Shown here piece by piece: positions 44,775-54,894 of a DNA stretch of 63,937 nucleotides. The DNA lies in the IMG/VR virus record IMGVR_UViG_3300009507_000019, positions 1 to 63,937 of that record; one strand, written 5' to 3'. Position 1 is the stretch's first letter. Each line of letters opens with the position of its first letter. The stretch comes from a virus. Lineage: Duplodnaviria; Caudoviricetes. The translations under genes and the position numbers were made by a program. The notes beneath the pieces were generated by a model that did no database searches, had not been told where the DNA came from, and saw only the letters and a program-made list of their open reading frames with translations.

Positions 44775-45302
44775 TTAAGATGTTGTATTTGATTCCCAAT
44801 ACTGGTAAGCAAATGTTACATCAAATGTTTCGATCTCACCTTTTGTATCATAACTCAAGTTAATTGCACCGACAGTCTCGGGGAATGCACCACGAATGTC
44901 AACACGTTTGATGACAGACTCATCACGATCGAGTTGTTCAACAAAAAGATCAGTCTGGTAGTCAACTGGGTTCACAAGACCGGAATTGCTCTTGTGTCCG
45001 TTGATACCATTAGACCATCTTTCCATTGCGTCACGAACGCCAAAGTTTGTGTCATTGATTATGGTTACTGTCCAAGGTTCAAAAGTTCTCTCAGATGCCA
45101 TCTTCAGTTCACGACCTCGGAAGTTAACAACAAAGTTACCTACCTGAGATTGTGGAAGTTGTGCGGTTTTACATAGAAATGAAGTCTCTTCCGCATCACC
45201 ACCTGCATATGCAGGGAAGTTGATAGTGCATCGGAAAAGGTTCGCTCTAGCGCCTCCGCCACGGAGTTTTGACTTGAAGTCATCTACGCCTAAAATTGCC
45301 AT
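44775..45302 (-). CDS. 19: Tail tube protein (gp19)
   Basis: GGGARANLF, FRGRELK, WTVTIIND, VTFAYQYW. Confidence 0.96.
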   Translation of the reverse strand: MAILGVDDFKSKLRGGGARANLFRCTINFPAYAGGDAEETSFLCKTAQLPQSQVGNFVVNFRGRELKMASERTFEPWTVTIINDTNFGVRDAMERWSNGINGHKSNSGLVNPVDYQTDLFVEQLDRDESVIKRVDIRGAFPETVGAINLSYDTKGEIETFDVTFAYQYWESNTTS

Positions 45303-45314
45303 TTCTTATTCTCC

Positions 45315-47045
45315 TTAAACCGCGCCAACTACTTCTTCGAAATCTACGCCGGTTCTAACTGCTACGAAGTTTAACGTTACGTAGTTGATAGATCGTGCAG
45401 GCTTCACGAAGATTGAAGCGACGAATGAGTTAGTGTCGATGATTTGACCTGTATTGTTTGTTTCATCACAAACGACACGGAAGTCAGTAATACCTCGACG
45501 ACCTTGAACTTCCCGAAGGAAAGGTTCAACAATGTTTACGAACTCAGCGCGAGAAAACTCGTCGTTGAACTCGAATAACACATTTTGTGCAGCACCTTTA
45601 ATTGCTCTTTCTAAAACTAAGAACAGACGACGTACGTTAATACGATCGAACGCTGAAGGTTTACCTAGGAAAGTCTTATCACCCTGTAGAGTGATACCCT
45701 GTCCTGGCAAGTTAGCGATTGGGTTGATACCTGCTTTATATAGGGTATCTCTTTGCGTACGACTTGCGTTGTATGCAATAGAGGTTATACCAAGATAGTT
45801 ACCACGTCGTGTACCTGCGGGAGAGAACCAAGGAGCAGCGACATCATCTGTCGACGCCATTAGTCCAGCAGTGGACGAAGCAGCAGGGATAAACGTATAC
45901 TTGTCATTGTACTTGTCGTACACTTTCAAGAAGTTGTTATCAACCACCAAGTATGAAGACTTCCCAAACGACGCAGCAGTAGTAGTAATGTTGGTAGTGA
46001 CCGTTGCGGGATCTGTAACACCAACAACCGCAGCACGGTTAGGAGATGTAACAACGACACAATCTTTACGTGCAGTCGCTGTAGCAACCAAATCATTAAC
46101 AACAGTTGCCTGATCGGTACCTGAAGATAATGAAGGTGCAATCAACATGTCTATCTGAATAGTGTTTTCGTCTTCAAACTCATTGTGTGCAGTTTGGAAG
46201 TCAGCAGTACCTAATGTACCAGAGTTCACACCTAAAGTTAGGGAATTAGTTTTAGCAGCGTTTGTTTGATCCGCACCGTGAGAAGCGTTAGTGAATGCTG
46301 AAGCAGTAGCATCTGCACCAAATACACCGGGCTTGTTAGCACCCCAGATATATGAAGAACGATCATCTAGTACGTCAAGAATGTAGTTCTTAGCACCGTC
46401 AGATGTTTTTGCATCACTAGCAAGAGAGACGTTAGAAAACGTTTCCAAAACAGTGTTGGGAGATCCACTAAAGATTCCATCTTCGTCGACGATCGCAACG
46501 TGTACTTCGTCAAGTGCAAGAGCACTATCAGCAGAACGTGTTGAAACGTAGTCGGATGTTCCGGGCTTCGCATCGAATGAACTAGCGTATGACCAGTTAT
46601 CCCATGCAGAATCCTTCGATCCACAGACAGAAACAGAGAGTGAGTTGCCAGCAGCACCAGCGTATTTTGCAATGAAGTTACCAACCGCAGTTGATTTTGA
46701 GTTATCCCAGTCATCTCTGTTAGAGATTAAATCTACTGTAGAACCACTGTCGACTGCATTCTTTGCAGCAGAAGTAGCACCACGTACAACGTAGAGACTG
46801 TTAGAATATTTCAAAAACTGATTTGCAGATAGGAACTCGATTGCATTCGCGTCGGTTGCGAATGAGGGGTCGCCAAAGTTACTTACCAGTTCGCCTTCGT
46901 TGCCGACGAGTACTGGTGTGTTAACTGGGCCCCAAGCAAAGTTACCCACGATTGCACCAGTTGAAGTAGTTACGCCGGGCACTATGCCTGACAGATCCAC
47001 CTCTTTGATGGCAACATTCGGGGATTCAGACCTTAGAAGAGCCAT
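45315..47045 (-). CDS. 18: Tail sheath protein (gp18)
   Basis: SPNVAIKEVDL, FAWGP, WFSPAG, SAFDRINVRRLF, KPARSINYVTLNF. Confidence 0.98.
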   Translation of the reverse strand: MALLRSESPNVAIKEVDLSGIVPGVTTSTGAIVGNFAWGPVNTPVLVGNEGELVSNFGDPSFATDANAIEFLSANQFLKYSNSLYVVRGATSAAKNAVDSGSTVDLISNRDDWDNSKSTAVGNFIAKYAGAAGNSLSVSVCGSKDSAWDNWSYASSFDAKPGTSDYVSTRSADSALALDEVHVAIVDEDGIFSGSPNTVLETFSNVSLASDAKTSDGAKNYILDVLDDRSSYIWGANKPGVFGADATASAFTNASHGADQTNAAKTNSLTLGVNSGTLGTADFQTAHNEFEDENTIQIDMLIAPSLSSGTDQATVVNDLVATATARKDCVVVTSPNRAAVVGVTDPATVTTNITTTAASFGKSSYLVVDNNFLKVYDKYNDKYTFIPAASSTAGLMASTDDVAAPWFSPAGTRRGNYLGITSIAYNASRTQRDTLYKAGINPIANLPGQGITLQGDKTFLGKPSAFDRINVRRLFLVLERAIKGAAQNVLFEFNDEFSRAEFVNIVEPFLREVQGRRGITDFRVVCDETNNTGQIIDTNSFVASIFVKPARSINYVTLNFVAVRTGVDFEEVVGAV

Positions 47046-47123
47046 AATCGTATCCTTTTATTTTCGTTGAGTTATGATAAGTAACATAATACGGAGAATT
47101 AATTCAATACCATTATTTAGTCT

Positions 47124-48725
47124 TTAATAACTTTCGACTTCCCACGGTATGTGCCATCCCTTATCTTTTAACTCATCTTGCATTTCTATGTGGTTAATTG
47201 CGTCTTCTCCATCATCAATGAATCCAAAAGGAACCATATCCGCTTCGATTTCTGCCATTTGTTGTTCAAACATCATTTGTTTAAGATTGATATCAGTCAG
47301 ATCATGGAAATATTGTGTTGTTATGAAGAATCCAAACATTACGAGATTCATCATTAAATCGTCGTGGTTACCGTCAGATGCCTCAAAGGATTGTCCCTTA
47401 GACACAAAGGTGGATATTTCCATAATGGTATCTTCGTCAACAACTTGAAGTTTATTCTCTTCTAAAAGATCCTTAATACCAGAACAACCCAACCGTTTAA
47501 CCTTTCGGTTCATCTCAATACCGATTGCATTCTTCTTGACGGCTGACTCTAGGTGTATGTTTTCATACTCTAGGTCGTGATATAGACCGTTGCACACTAC
47601 TTGTCCAGCATCATTTGACTCGACTATCACGTATGCTTCATTGTAGGATTTCGCAAACTTATAGATAATATCAGGGAAGAGTATTGGCGAAATACGATTA
47701 TTGCGAAACACCGCGACCTGTTTAAAAGGTCGGACAGTTACGTCGATTACCGAAAAGGTACTATAGTCCAACCCTCTCCCTTTTGCTACATCAACACATA
47801 TGATGTAGTCATGTTTCGGTTGAGTATCTTCATAGATTCTCACTGACCCGTTTTCTATAATTCTTTTGGGTGGAGATGCCCTAAAGTTTAATAAGGTTTC
47901 TGCACCTATAAGAGTATCACCTGTCCCAAAGAAGGTGTTCCCGAACTCTTGATCAAACTGTAACTGAGAGGTGTTACCTATCGTCTCTCTCTTCCATTTG
48001 TCGTCTCTGCCTGGCACGTCCCACCAGTTAACAGTAAACGGTTTATATTCATTAGTCTTCTGTACTGCACCTTCCCAGATCTTGTGGAATTGATTACCAA
48101 TACCATTTGCAGTAGATGTAATGATAACCTTGGTATCTTTACCCGCAGATACTACGGGATATGTCGAAGTGTAGAACTCTGCCGCACGTTCAACAAACGC
48201 AAACTCATCTAGGAACAGTAGATTGACCGACATACCACGAATAGAACTACCAGAGGTTGCGGATGCAATGATACGTGAGTTATTGGAAAACTCAATCGAC
48301 CCTTTGTTAAGTGCACGACACCCTGGCTGTAAAAAGAAAGGCAGGTTTTCTAGTGCAAGAGTGACTCGTGACAACATCTCACGTGCAGTCGCACCTTTGT
48401 TAGCAAGCACTGCAATCGTTTTCTCTGGATGAAATATCGCGTACCATAAAAGGTACACTACTGAAGAGATACTTTTACCGGACTGACGACACGCAAGAAC
48501 GATACTGAACCTTTCGTTTTCAAAATGTTTAAACATCTTTTCTTGGTAATCGTATAAATTAAAGTTGACTAGACCTTTATCTAATGATATAATCTTTACA
48601 TAGGTTCTTGCAAAATACGAAGGATCATGTAAACACTTGGCGTATTCTCTTACGTCATGTTCAGTCCACGGTTGTGTAACCCCATCGCCTTTGACGTTGG
48701 GGTTTCCCATATAATGATCAGTCAT
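47124..48725 (-). CDS. 17: Terminase large subunit (gp17)
   Basis: ACRQSGKS, LFLDEFAF, TSTANG, VDVAKG, HDDLMM. Confidence 0.98.
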   Translation of the reverse strand: MTDHYMGNPNVKGDGVTQPWTEHDVREYAKCLHDPSYFARTYVKIISLDKGLVNFNLYDYQEKMFKHFENERFSIVLACRQSGKSISSVVYLLWYAIFHPEKTIAVLANKGATAREMLSRVTLALENLPFFLQPGCRALNKGSIEFSNNSRIIASATSGSSIRGMSVNLLFLDEFAFVERAAEFYTSTYPVVSAGKDTKVIITSTANGIGNQFHKIWEGAVQKTNEYKPFTVNWWDVPGRDDKWKRETIGNTSQLQFDQEFGNTFFGTGDTLIGAETLLNFRASPPKRIIENGSVRIYEDTQPKHDYIICVDVAKGRGLDYSTFSVIDVTVRPFKQVAVFRNNRISPILFPDIIYKFAKSYNEAYVIVESNDAGQVVCNGLYHDLEYENIHLESAVKKNAIGIEMNRKVKRLGCSGIKDLLEENKLQVVDEDTIMEISTFVSKGQSFEASDGNHDDLMMNLVMFGFFITTQYFHDLTDINLKQMMFEQQMAEIEADMVPFGFIDDGEDAINHIEMQDELKDKGWHIPWEVESY

Positions 48726-49056
48726 TTGGAGTTATATCTTTTTCGGGTTCTGCCAACATGCGTTGGAGGTCAGTCGCACTACCAATGAAGACATTGTTAT
48801 TTGTCACACCTTTGGGGGTGTCGTCTTCGGGTTTGGTGATATCTTTGTTCTTCTTCTGGAGATCCATAAGTTTATCGGTAACGTCTGCGACATTCTTTAT
48901 CATACCGGACAAGACTTCAAACGCACGAGGGTGTTCACTTTCCCGTGCGACTTCCATCATCAAATCCAGACCACGTTTCCCATTTTCAATCAACTCCATA
49001 TAGGTGTCTCTTGAGGTTTCGTAGTCATCTTTAATATTTTTTTCTTCACCTGTCAT
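48718..49056 (-). CDS. 16: Terminase small subunit (gp16)
   Basis: ESEHPRAFEV, NNNVFIGSATDLQ. Confidence 0.95.
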   Translation of the reverse strand: MTGEEKNIKDDYETSRDTYMELIENGKRGLDLMMEVARESEHPRAFEVLSGMIKNVADVTDKLMDLQKKNKDITKPEDDTPKGVTNNNVFIGSATDLQRMLAEPEKDITPND

Positions 49057-49069
49057 ACATCATCCTGTT

Positions 49070-52000
49070 TTATGCTGTGTCTTCACTGATCGCTTCTAAA
49101 GTCCATGTGAAAGTCGTTGTATTTGACGTATCTGCAATCTCACGTATTGTGAACTCGATCTTTTCACTACAAAACTCGATACTATTCCCGCCCGGAACGG
49201 CAGTCGTAACGTTCCATGATCTGTCTGTTGACAAGGTTTCCCACACCCCGAAGTTGCCGGGAGAACCTGCATTATCTCCATTACGTAGTATCAATGTAGC
49301 TCTAATTTCAAACTCGTTTGAAGCGAAACCAGAACCTGTGTCATCAACCCAATCACCCAATGCAATGGTAACTTCTGATCCGTTGAAAATAGTCTTCACA
49401 TGATTCGATGATCCATCATCAAAGAATGTTACAGTCATCTCTCCAAGCGATGGTGCTTGTCCAATTGATGTAAAAGTATCTGGGTTTGTGGCACTAGGGG
49501 GTAATTGTACATTAGGCGCAGTTGCCGCTGTCATGTCCCCTATGGTAAATGCCTTTGTCTTTGCAGCAGAAGCGGCAAACGATGCCGCCACATTCATCGT
49601 ATAGTTCTCTATCCTTGGAGTCGGCACATCATCATCCGCCGCAATATCTACATTAAATGTCGATGAAGTAGCTGTTGTATGAGAAAAATCACCGTACGGT
49701 AGATTAGATGAAGAACCAAAATCATCAAATACTTCTGGTAACGCAAAGTGTACTTCAGTACCCGCAGAAACACTCCCAGTTTCTGTGTTGTTTGAAGACA
49801 TGTTCACCCAACCTGAACCGGAGTTAATACTTGTTATTGTCGTACCAGATGGGAAGTCTATTCCACGCACTTCCATACCTGTAGTGAGGTTTGTCACATT
49901 CGTCAGGTAAATAATCGGAGAACTTGCACTGACTGTAGAAGAAACAGACTTAGGTTTGATATCACTAACATTGTAGTAATATGTACCAGTTGGAACGTTG
50001 GTGCCCCCAAAGGTAAACTGTATGGTGTCCCCTTCAGATGCAGAATCGTCCGTTTTATCAGTTGCAAGAGTGAATGCCGTAGTTGCATCCTGTATGATTA
50101 TAGTATCAGATGCGACCTGTGTGCCGGTATAACTACCGATATGTGCAGTCGCCTCTACTGTCAAACCACCCGTTGCAGAATCTTTGACACCAGTTGAAGA
50201 AGTAAACAACTTAGAACCAGTACTAATTGATTGTGCAGTAGGTTGCGGTGTAATGATGTCTGCGCTGTCACCTGCTATAGTCTTGAAGTTGACGTAGATG
50301 TTTTCGGTGTTATTGTTACCGGCATCAGGAATTACATATGCACTAATCGGTGAACCTTCTGTTATAGATGTGCCCATGCCAATCGTATAAACGGGTAAGG
50401 ATGTATCATTAACTGATATATCACCGGTAGACGCCAATACAGACCCGTTGGCAGTGTCTGAGACGTATATTCTAAAGGATTCCGTCCCTTCTCTACTCTG
50501 ATCCAAATCCAACGTTAAATTGATCACCCCGTTGTTACCTGCAACAGTAAAAGTTTCTCTACTGCTTATATCTGACCAACCTGCACTGAAGTCATCTTCG
50601 TTTACTGTACCTGCAATGTAATAGTAATACTGACCATCCGGTGCACTAGTGGTAAAGATGGATTGCATAGATCCGCCCTCATCCTGTGACACAGATGGTG
50701 TAGTCATAGTATAAGTCGCATCTCCAATAATAGTGTAACCCAACCGTTGCATTTCTTCATTAGATGTGTTGGTTAGAACAAAGAAGAAGTCTTCGTTGTC
50801 TGAGTCACCATTGTTTGCGAGAAGGAAAGGTACAGTACCGGAATTACTTGTGAAAGTAATATCAATCGCTGACGCACTATCTGTAGGTGGAGGTGTACTA
50901 AAGTCCGAATCGGTAGTTGTAGTATGATCAATAAAGTAACCTGCGCGAATACCGTCTTCAATATTTGTACCTGTAACATTAAAGCTCAGGTTATCTCCGT
51001 TCTGAGCACCAACAATCGAAGGCGTAATCTGGAACGTAGCGGTCTGATTTTCCACTCGTATTACCCCGCTATGTGTTAACTCTGTACTAAAGAAACCACC
51101 ACTTGACGTAGTAAGAGTCAACCCCACACCTGATACAGTTTCAAAAACATCTGAGGTTTCGGTTGCGGACAGAACATATGTTGCAGTTGCCGCAGTGATA
51201 ACGAACGATCCGGTCTTAGTGATGATACGAGAATCTGTTCCACCAATAGTGTAGTTCACTGTTGTGCCTACTGTGGTAGGATCTACTGTTAACTCAATTT
51301 CGATATCACCACCTTCTATTACTGTAACAGTAGGATCGGGGGATACGCTGAATGTTGGAATAACGTTGTTGATTGTAATCAAAGATGAAGTTGCTTTGAG
51401 AATGTTACTCCCAGTATAAAGCTTGACAACGAAAGTTTCTGTGGTATCTCCGAGATCTCCATCAACCTTTGTTTGAACACTGAAAGATCCACTGTCCTGT
51501 CGTATATCTACGGGTTGGAAGTTAGGTGTGAATGTACCTATGACAAAGTCTGCACTATCCGCAGAATCACTCGCAGTAGGAATGACCTGATACTTCAGTG
51601 TAGTAGAACCACTGTTTGGCACATCTGTACCTATTATAGAGAATGATACGCTATCACCTTCGTCTATTGTCGAAACAGATGGAGTAAGTGTGTATGACGC
51701 ATCCACATCATTTATCGTTACGGGTTGGGTTACAATCGATCGATTGTCGTCATCAAAAAAGAATACATTGAACGTTTCCGCAGATTCTCCTTCATCAGAA
51801 TCATGAAACGTCTGAATGTAGATTGAGGCAGAGTCGTCTTTCATGACAATACTTTGTCTATTGTTCGAATCAGGCAACAAAGTACCGTTTGCGAAATCTG
51901 CAATACTGGTGTTACCCTTATCAACATAGTACTCATAGATACCACGACCTCTCGGTACGTTGGAACCTACTAGGCGAACTCTGAAGTTAGTGCCTTCAGG

Positions 52001-53002
52001 TTCCGAAGAATCGGGTTCAACATAAGCCGCATAAACTTCGTTACCTCGACGTGTCACTACACCTTCTTCTGTGGTGTATAGTGTGGGATATTCTGTATAC
52101 CAAGATTGTTCTTTCATAGATGGAAGAACAACATCTAACCATCTTTTATTTTGTGACGCTGTGGCAGTCCCCGCACCAACAGCAGTAAATATATTTACGT
52201 CACCAGTACTGGTTGAAGAATCACCATCGAGATTCGCATCTGCGATCCTGAAACCGTCGGTGGCAGTAGACTGTGCCCAAATTGCAAACTCGGGTGGGGT
52301 TGTGGTAAGAGAACTGACAACTTTTAGCATTTCCAAAGTGAATGCATCAGTAGGAAGTCCTTCACCCACCAGTTGTGGTGAGATCATTGATGCAAATACA
52401 CGATCCGTTACTAATAACTCACCACCTAGGTACATACCTGCGGGATGAACAAACAACTTGAATAGATCTTTCCACTTGTCGATAGGTACCGAGGATCTTA
52501 CCAAATATGCAAAGGTTTGGTAGAGTTTATCATCTGTCAAGAAACGTAGTGAATCAGCACCAATTGCGGATTTTACTTCGTTCAACTTAAATATCTGTTC
52601 TTGCGTCTCAACGATTTCTACATCAATCCCAAAGAAGGATCGGAAAAACCATTGAATCGCAAACTTAGTACCCTTAGATCTGAATAGAGTATTAGAGAAG
52701 TTTGCAGCGGCACGTTTCTGTGCATCGCCTGTCGCAAAACTCTCGAAGTACGAGTCACCTAGAAGTAACTCATCCTCAATGTATGATAACAGTGTAATGT
52801 CTGTTTCTGTGATGTCACGAGTCGCAAACAAATGACTAAGAAGTTCTGTCGACTTCTCTTCTGATAGGAACTCGTAATAGTACTCCAACAACTTAATGAA
52901 CTTAGGATAAGACGAGCTGAAGTGATCCGGTAGAACAGTCTCTACCTGATTAGGTTGAAGACGAAGGTGTCTCCGTCTTTTGTCTTGAAAGTTACTATGC
53001 AT
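49070..53002 (-). CDS. Baseplate-wedge (gp7-like) N-domain fused to Calx-beta/Ig-like repeats, 1310 aa
   Basis: FIKLLEYYYEFL, FRSKGT..I.WFFR, YQTFAY, FVHPAG; repeated 'EG.....F....G', 'ETF.V' and 'INDV/INDT' units. Confidence 0.7.
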   Translation of the reverse strand: MHSNFQDKRRRHLRLQPNQVETVLPDHFSSSYPKFIKLLEYYYEFLSEEKSTELLSHLFATRDITETDITLLSYIEDELLLGDSYFESFATGDAQKRAAANFSNTLFRSKGTKFAIQWFFRSFFGIDVEIVETQEQIFKLNEVKSAIGADSLRFLTDDKLYQTFAYLVRSSVPIDKWKDLFKLFVHPAGMYLGGELLVTDRVFASMISPQLVGEGLPTDAFTLEMLKVVSSLTTTPPEFAIWAQSTATDGFRIADANLDGDSSTSTGDVNIFTAVGAGTATASQNKRWLDVVLPSMKEQSWYTEYPTLYTTEEGVVTRRGNEVYAAYVEPDSSEPEGTNFRVRLVGSNVPRGRGIYEYYVDKGNTSIADFANGTLLPDSNNRQSIVMKDDSASIYIQTFHDSDEGESAETFNVFFFDDDNRSIVTQPVTINDVDASYTLTPSVSTIDEGDSVSFSIIGTDVPNSGSTTLKYQVIPTASDSADSADFVIGTFTPNFQPVDIRQDSGSFSVQTKVDGDLGDTTETFVVKLYTGSNILKATSSLITINNVIPTFSVSPDPTVTVIEGGDIEIELTVDPTTVGTTVNYTIGGTDSRIITKTGSFVITAATATYVLSATETSDVFETVSGVGLTLTTSSGGFFSTELTHSGVIRVENQTATFQITPSIVGAQNGDNLSFNVTGTNIEDGIRAGYFIDHTTTTDSDFSTPPPTDSASAIDITFTSNSGTVPFLLANNGDSDNEDFFFVLTNTSNEEMQRLGYTIIGDATYTMTTPSVSQDEGGSMQSIFTTSAPDGQYYYYIAGTVNEDDFSAGWSDISSRETFTVAGNNGVINLTLDLDQSREGTESFRIYVSDTANGSVLASTGDISVNDTSLPVYTIGMGTSITEGSPISAYVIPDAGNNNTENIYVNFKTIAGDSADIITPQPTAQSISTGSKLFTSSTGVKDSATGGLTVEATAHIGSYTGTQVASDTIIIQDATTAFTLATDKTDDSASEGDTIQFTFGGTNVPTGTYYYNVSDIKPKSVSSTVSASSPIIYLTNVTNLTTGMEVRGIDFPSGTTITSINSGSGWVNMSSNNTETGSVSAGTEVHFALPEVFDDFGSSSNLPYGDFSHTTATSSTFNVDIAADDDVPTPRIENYTMNVAASFAASAAKTKAFTIGDMTAATAPNVQLPPSATNPDTFTSIGQAPSLGEMTVTFFDDGSSNHVKTIFNGSEVTIALGDWVDDTGSGFASNEFEIRATLILRNGDNAGSPGNFGVWETLSTDRSWNVTTAVPGGNSIEFCSEKIEFTIREIADTSNTTTFTWTLEAISEDTA

Positions 53003-53005
53003 GAC

Positions 53006-53479
53006 TTAGAGACACGCTGGAGGGGTTGGCCATGTAACATCATCAATGTTGTCTATTGTAGACATATCTAGTGATGATGGCAAGTCCCTCAATGAAGTCC
53101 TGTAAGTAGTTACCAGTGCCTTGTCTGAATCAGATAAAGGGGAGTCTGGAAGAATAGCGTAGTCACATGCCCACAACTTGTTAGTTCTTTGTTGGCGTAT
53201 ATCTGCTAACAATGCATCACTACTCCAAGTCCATTCTGTACCAGTCCAAGATGCATGTTTATTAGGTTTAGCAGGCAAATCTTGCCAATCGGTTCCGTTG
53301 TGCCACTTGGTGTCCATCCATTCTGCAAAACTCATACCCAACGCGTTCTGAACCCGTCTGACTGTCAATCCACCTTGATCGGTGCCATCTGCGCCATAGA
53401 ATCCGTTATTTGCAGCGATTTGAACTACAGTCCCTTGACTGTTGACCAACGCGACATTTTGAGCATAATCATCACTCAT
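53006..53479 (-). CDS. Tail fibre assembly chaperone-like protein
   Basis: IRQQRTNKLWACDY..LPDSPL...YRTSLRDLP...VTWPTPP. Confidence 0.8.
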   Translation of the reverse strand: MSDDYAQNVALVNSQGTVVQIAANNGFYGADGTDQGGLTVRRVQNALGMSFAEWMDTKWHNGTDWQDLPAKPNKHASWTGTEWTWSSDALLADIRQQRTNKLWACDYAILPDSPLSDSDKALVTTYRTSLRDLPSSLDMSTIDNIDDVTWPTPPACL

Positions 53480-54153
53480 TAGTAGTCTCCATATATCCTT
53501 TCTTTCCCCGAAAAGTAGATACCAAACGAGGATGGGTTTGTGTTGCTGAATGGTGAAAATTGTTGGTTCCAGATTCGAGTGGCGGTGCCATATGTCGAAT
53601 GTCCGTTACTGAATCTAACACCACGTCGTATAATTAGGTTAGTCATTGTATCATAATAACAAAGACCTGCATTCACATAACGTTCATCATCATAGCTATG
53701 CAACAATGTCTGGTGACTGTATGGTGAACTACCAACATCATCTATATGAAAGTTTCCTGTCTTTGCATGAATAGTACTGTCAAACGTTACAGTCGTACCA
53801 TCTTCACCAAATTGTTTAATACCATAATTACCATAAGAGGTAGCATTAGTCGCTGCTCTAAGTACTATATAGTCACAAGTGGTTGAGCTAGCACCATCCC
53901 CTGTTCCTTCAGTACACAACAAAAAATCACATTGAGTTTGTGAACCGCTACTTGTCATTTCCGCAGTGATCCATTTTGACGAACCACTGGTCATACTCGC
54001 TACCGTAGGTTTAAACAACAAAATGTCGTCCGAGTAAAAGGTCACTGAACTAGCAGAACCAGTTTCCCACGTCGTTACACCAGTAATACTTTCTTCGGTG
54101 TTAAGAACGTAGTTTCCTGTCGATGGTCTTGTAACTTCAATACCATATGCCAT
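53479..54153 (-). CDS. Tail-tip accessory protein
   Basis: MAYGIEV and YGIKQF..DG...FDS duplicated motif, typical of proteins following siphovirus central fibres. Confidence 0.55.
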   Translation of the reverse strand: MAYGIEVTRPSTGNYVLNTEESITGVTTWETGSASSVTFYSDDILLFKPTVASMTSGSSKWITAEMTSSGSQTQCDFLLCTEGTGDGASSTTCDYIVLRAATNATSYGNYGIKQFGEDGTTVTFDSTIHAKTGNFHIDDVGSSPYSHQTLLHSYDDERYVNAGLCYYDTMTNLIIRRGVRFSNGHSTYGTATRIWNQQFSPFSNTNPSSFGIYFSGKERIYGDY

Positions 54154-54893
54154 TATGATGTCCTAAATGCAGTATAACCGATTGATTGTGTGTCTAAAGA
54201 ACCATTATTTATTCGGAAACTAGTGCTCGTGATGTTGCTAACAGATATGGAATATGGTGCGTTATCATTATTGGTGTCTAACAACCATATTCCAACCTTA
54301 TCAACATTGTCCGCATAGACCGTGACATAACCATCAGGATTGGATTCCGTAATAGTCGCAACACCTGCCGCACAAACTAGGACATGTTCCTCATCATTTG
54401 TCCATGTTCTATTATTACTTGCGTTTCTAACCTCAACTCCATATTTAACAGCAACTGTAGGTGCAGAATCATGAAAAGTCAATCGTGTACGACCAATAAA
54501 TCCGCTACTGGTAAAGTCTGGAAATCCATGTGGCGCATCACTTGTCTTGTGGTTGTATATATATTTGAACTGAGTCTTACCACCAGTTAAAGTTCTAGTG
54601 AAATCGCCATACTCAAAAATAGTAGGCCCAATCTTAACATGAGTCCACCCGCCAGTAACATTTCCGTTAAACTGCATGAATATGTAACCGTTTCCGACGT
54701 GAGAATTGTCTCCGTAAAAGTAAAACTCTTCCAAAGTGGCACCACTGTACATATCTGCACCAGTGTCCGCGAGAGAACCCATAGGTTGACCCCCAGTCAG
54801 ATAATCTGACGAAGAGTACCCCACAACCGTGATGGTACCTGAATAGATAAAGTATCTACCCGAATCAAAAGTGGTGTTCCAAACAACGGCCAT
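54153..54893 (-). CDS. Tail-tip accessory / receptor-binding protein
   Basis: Internal KYGVEVRNASN motif; beta-rich; coupled to the fibre gene. Confidence 0.5.
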   Translation of the reverse strand: MAVVWNTTFDSGRYFIYSGTITVVGYSSSDYLTGGQPMGSLADTGADMYSGATLEEFYFYGDNSHVGNGYIFMQFNGNVTGGWTHVKIGPTIFEYGDFTRTLTGGKTQFKYIYNHKTSDAPHGFPDFTSSGFIGRTRLTFHDSAPTVAVKYGVEVRNASNNRTWTNDEEHVLVCAAGVATITESNPDGYVTVYADNVDKVGIWLLDTNNDNAPYSISVSNITSTSFRINNGSLDTQSIGYTAFRTS

Positions 54894-54894
54894 C

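Noticed and set aside
13524-48725. Introns or inteins in gp41, gp43, gp46, thyX, gp17, gp20 or gp23
   Set aside because: All are continuous ORFs of ordinary length, with no intein C/HN termini or LAGLIDADG insertions seen.
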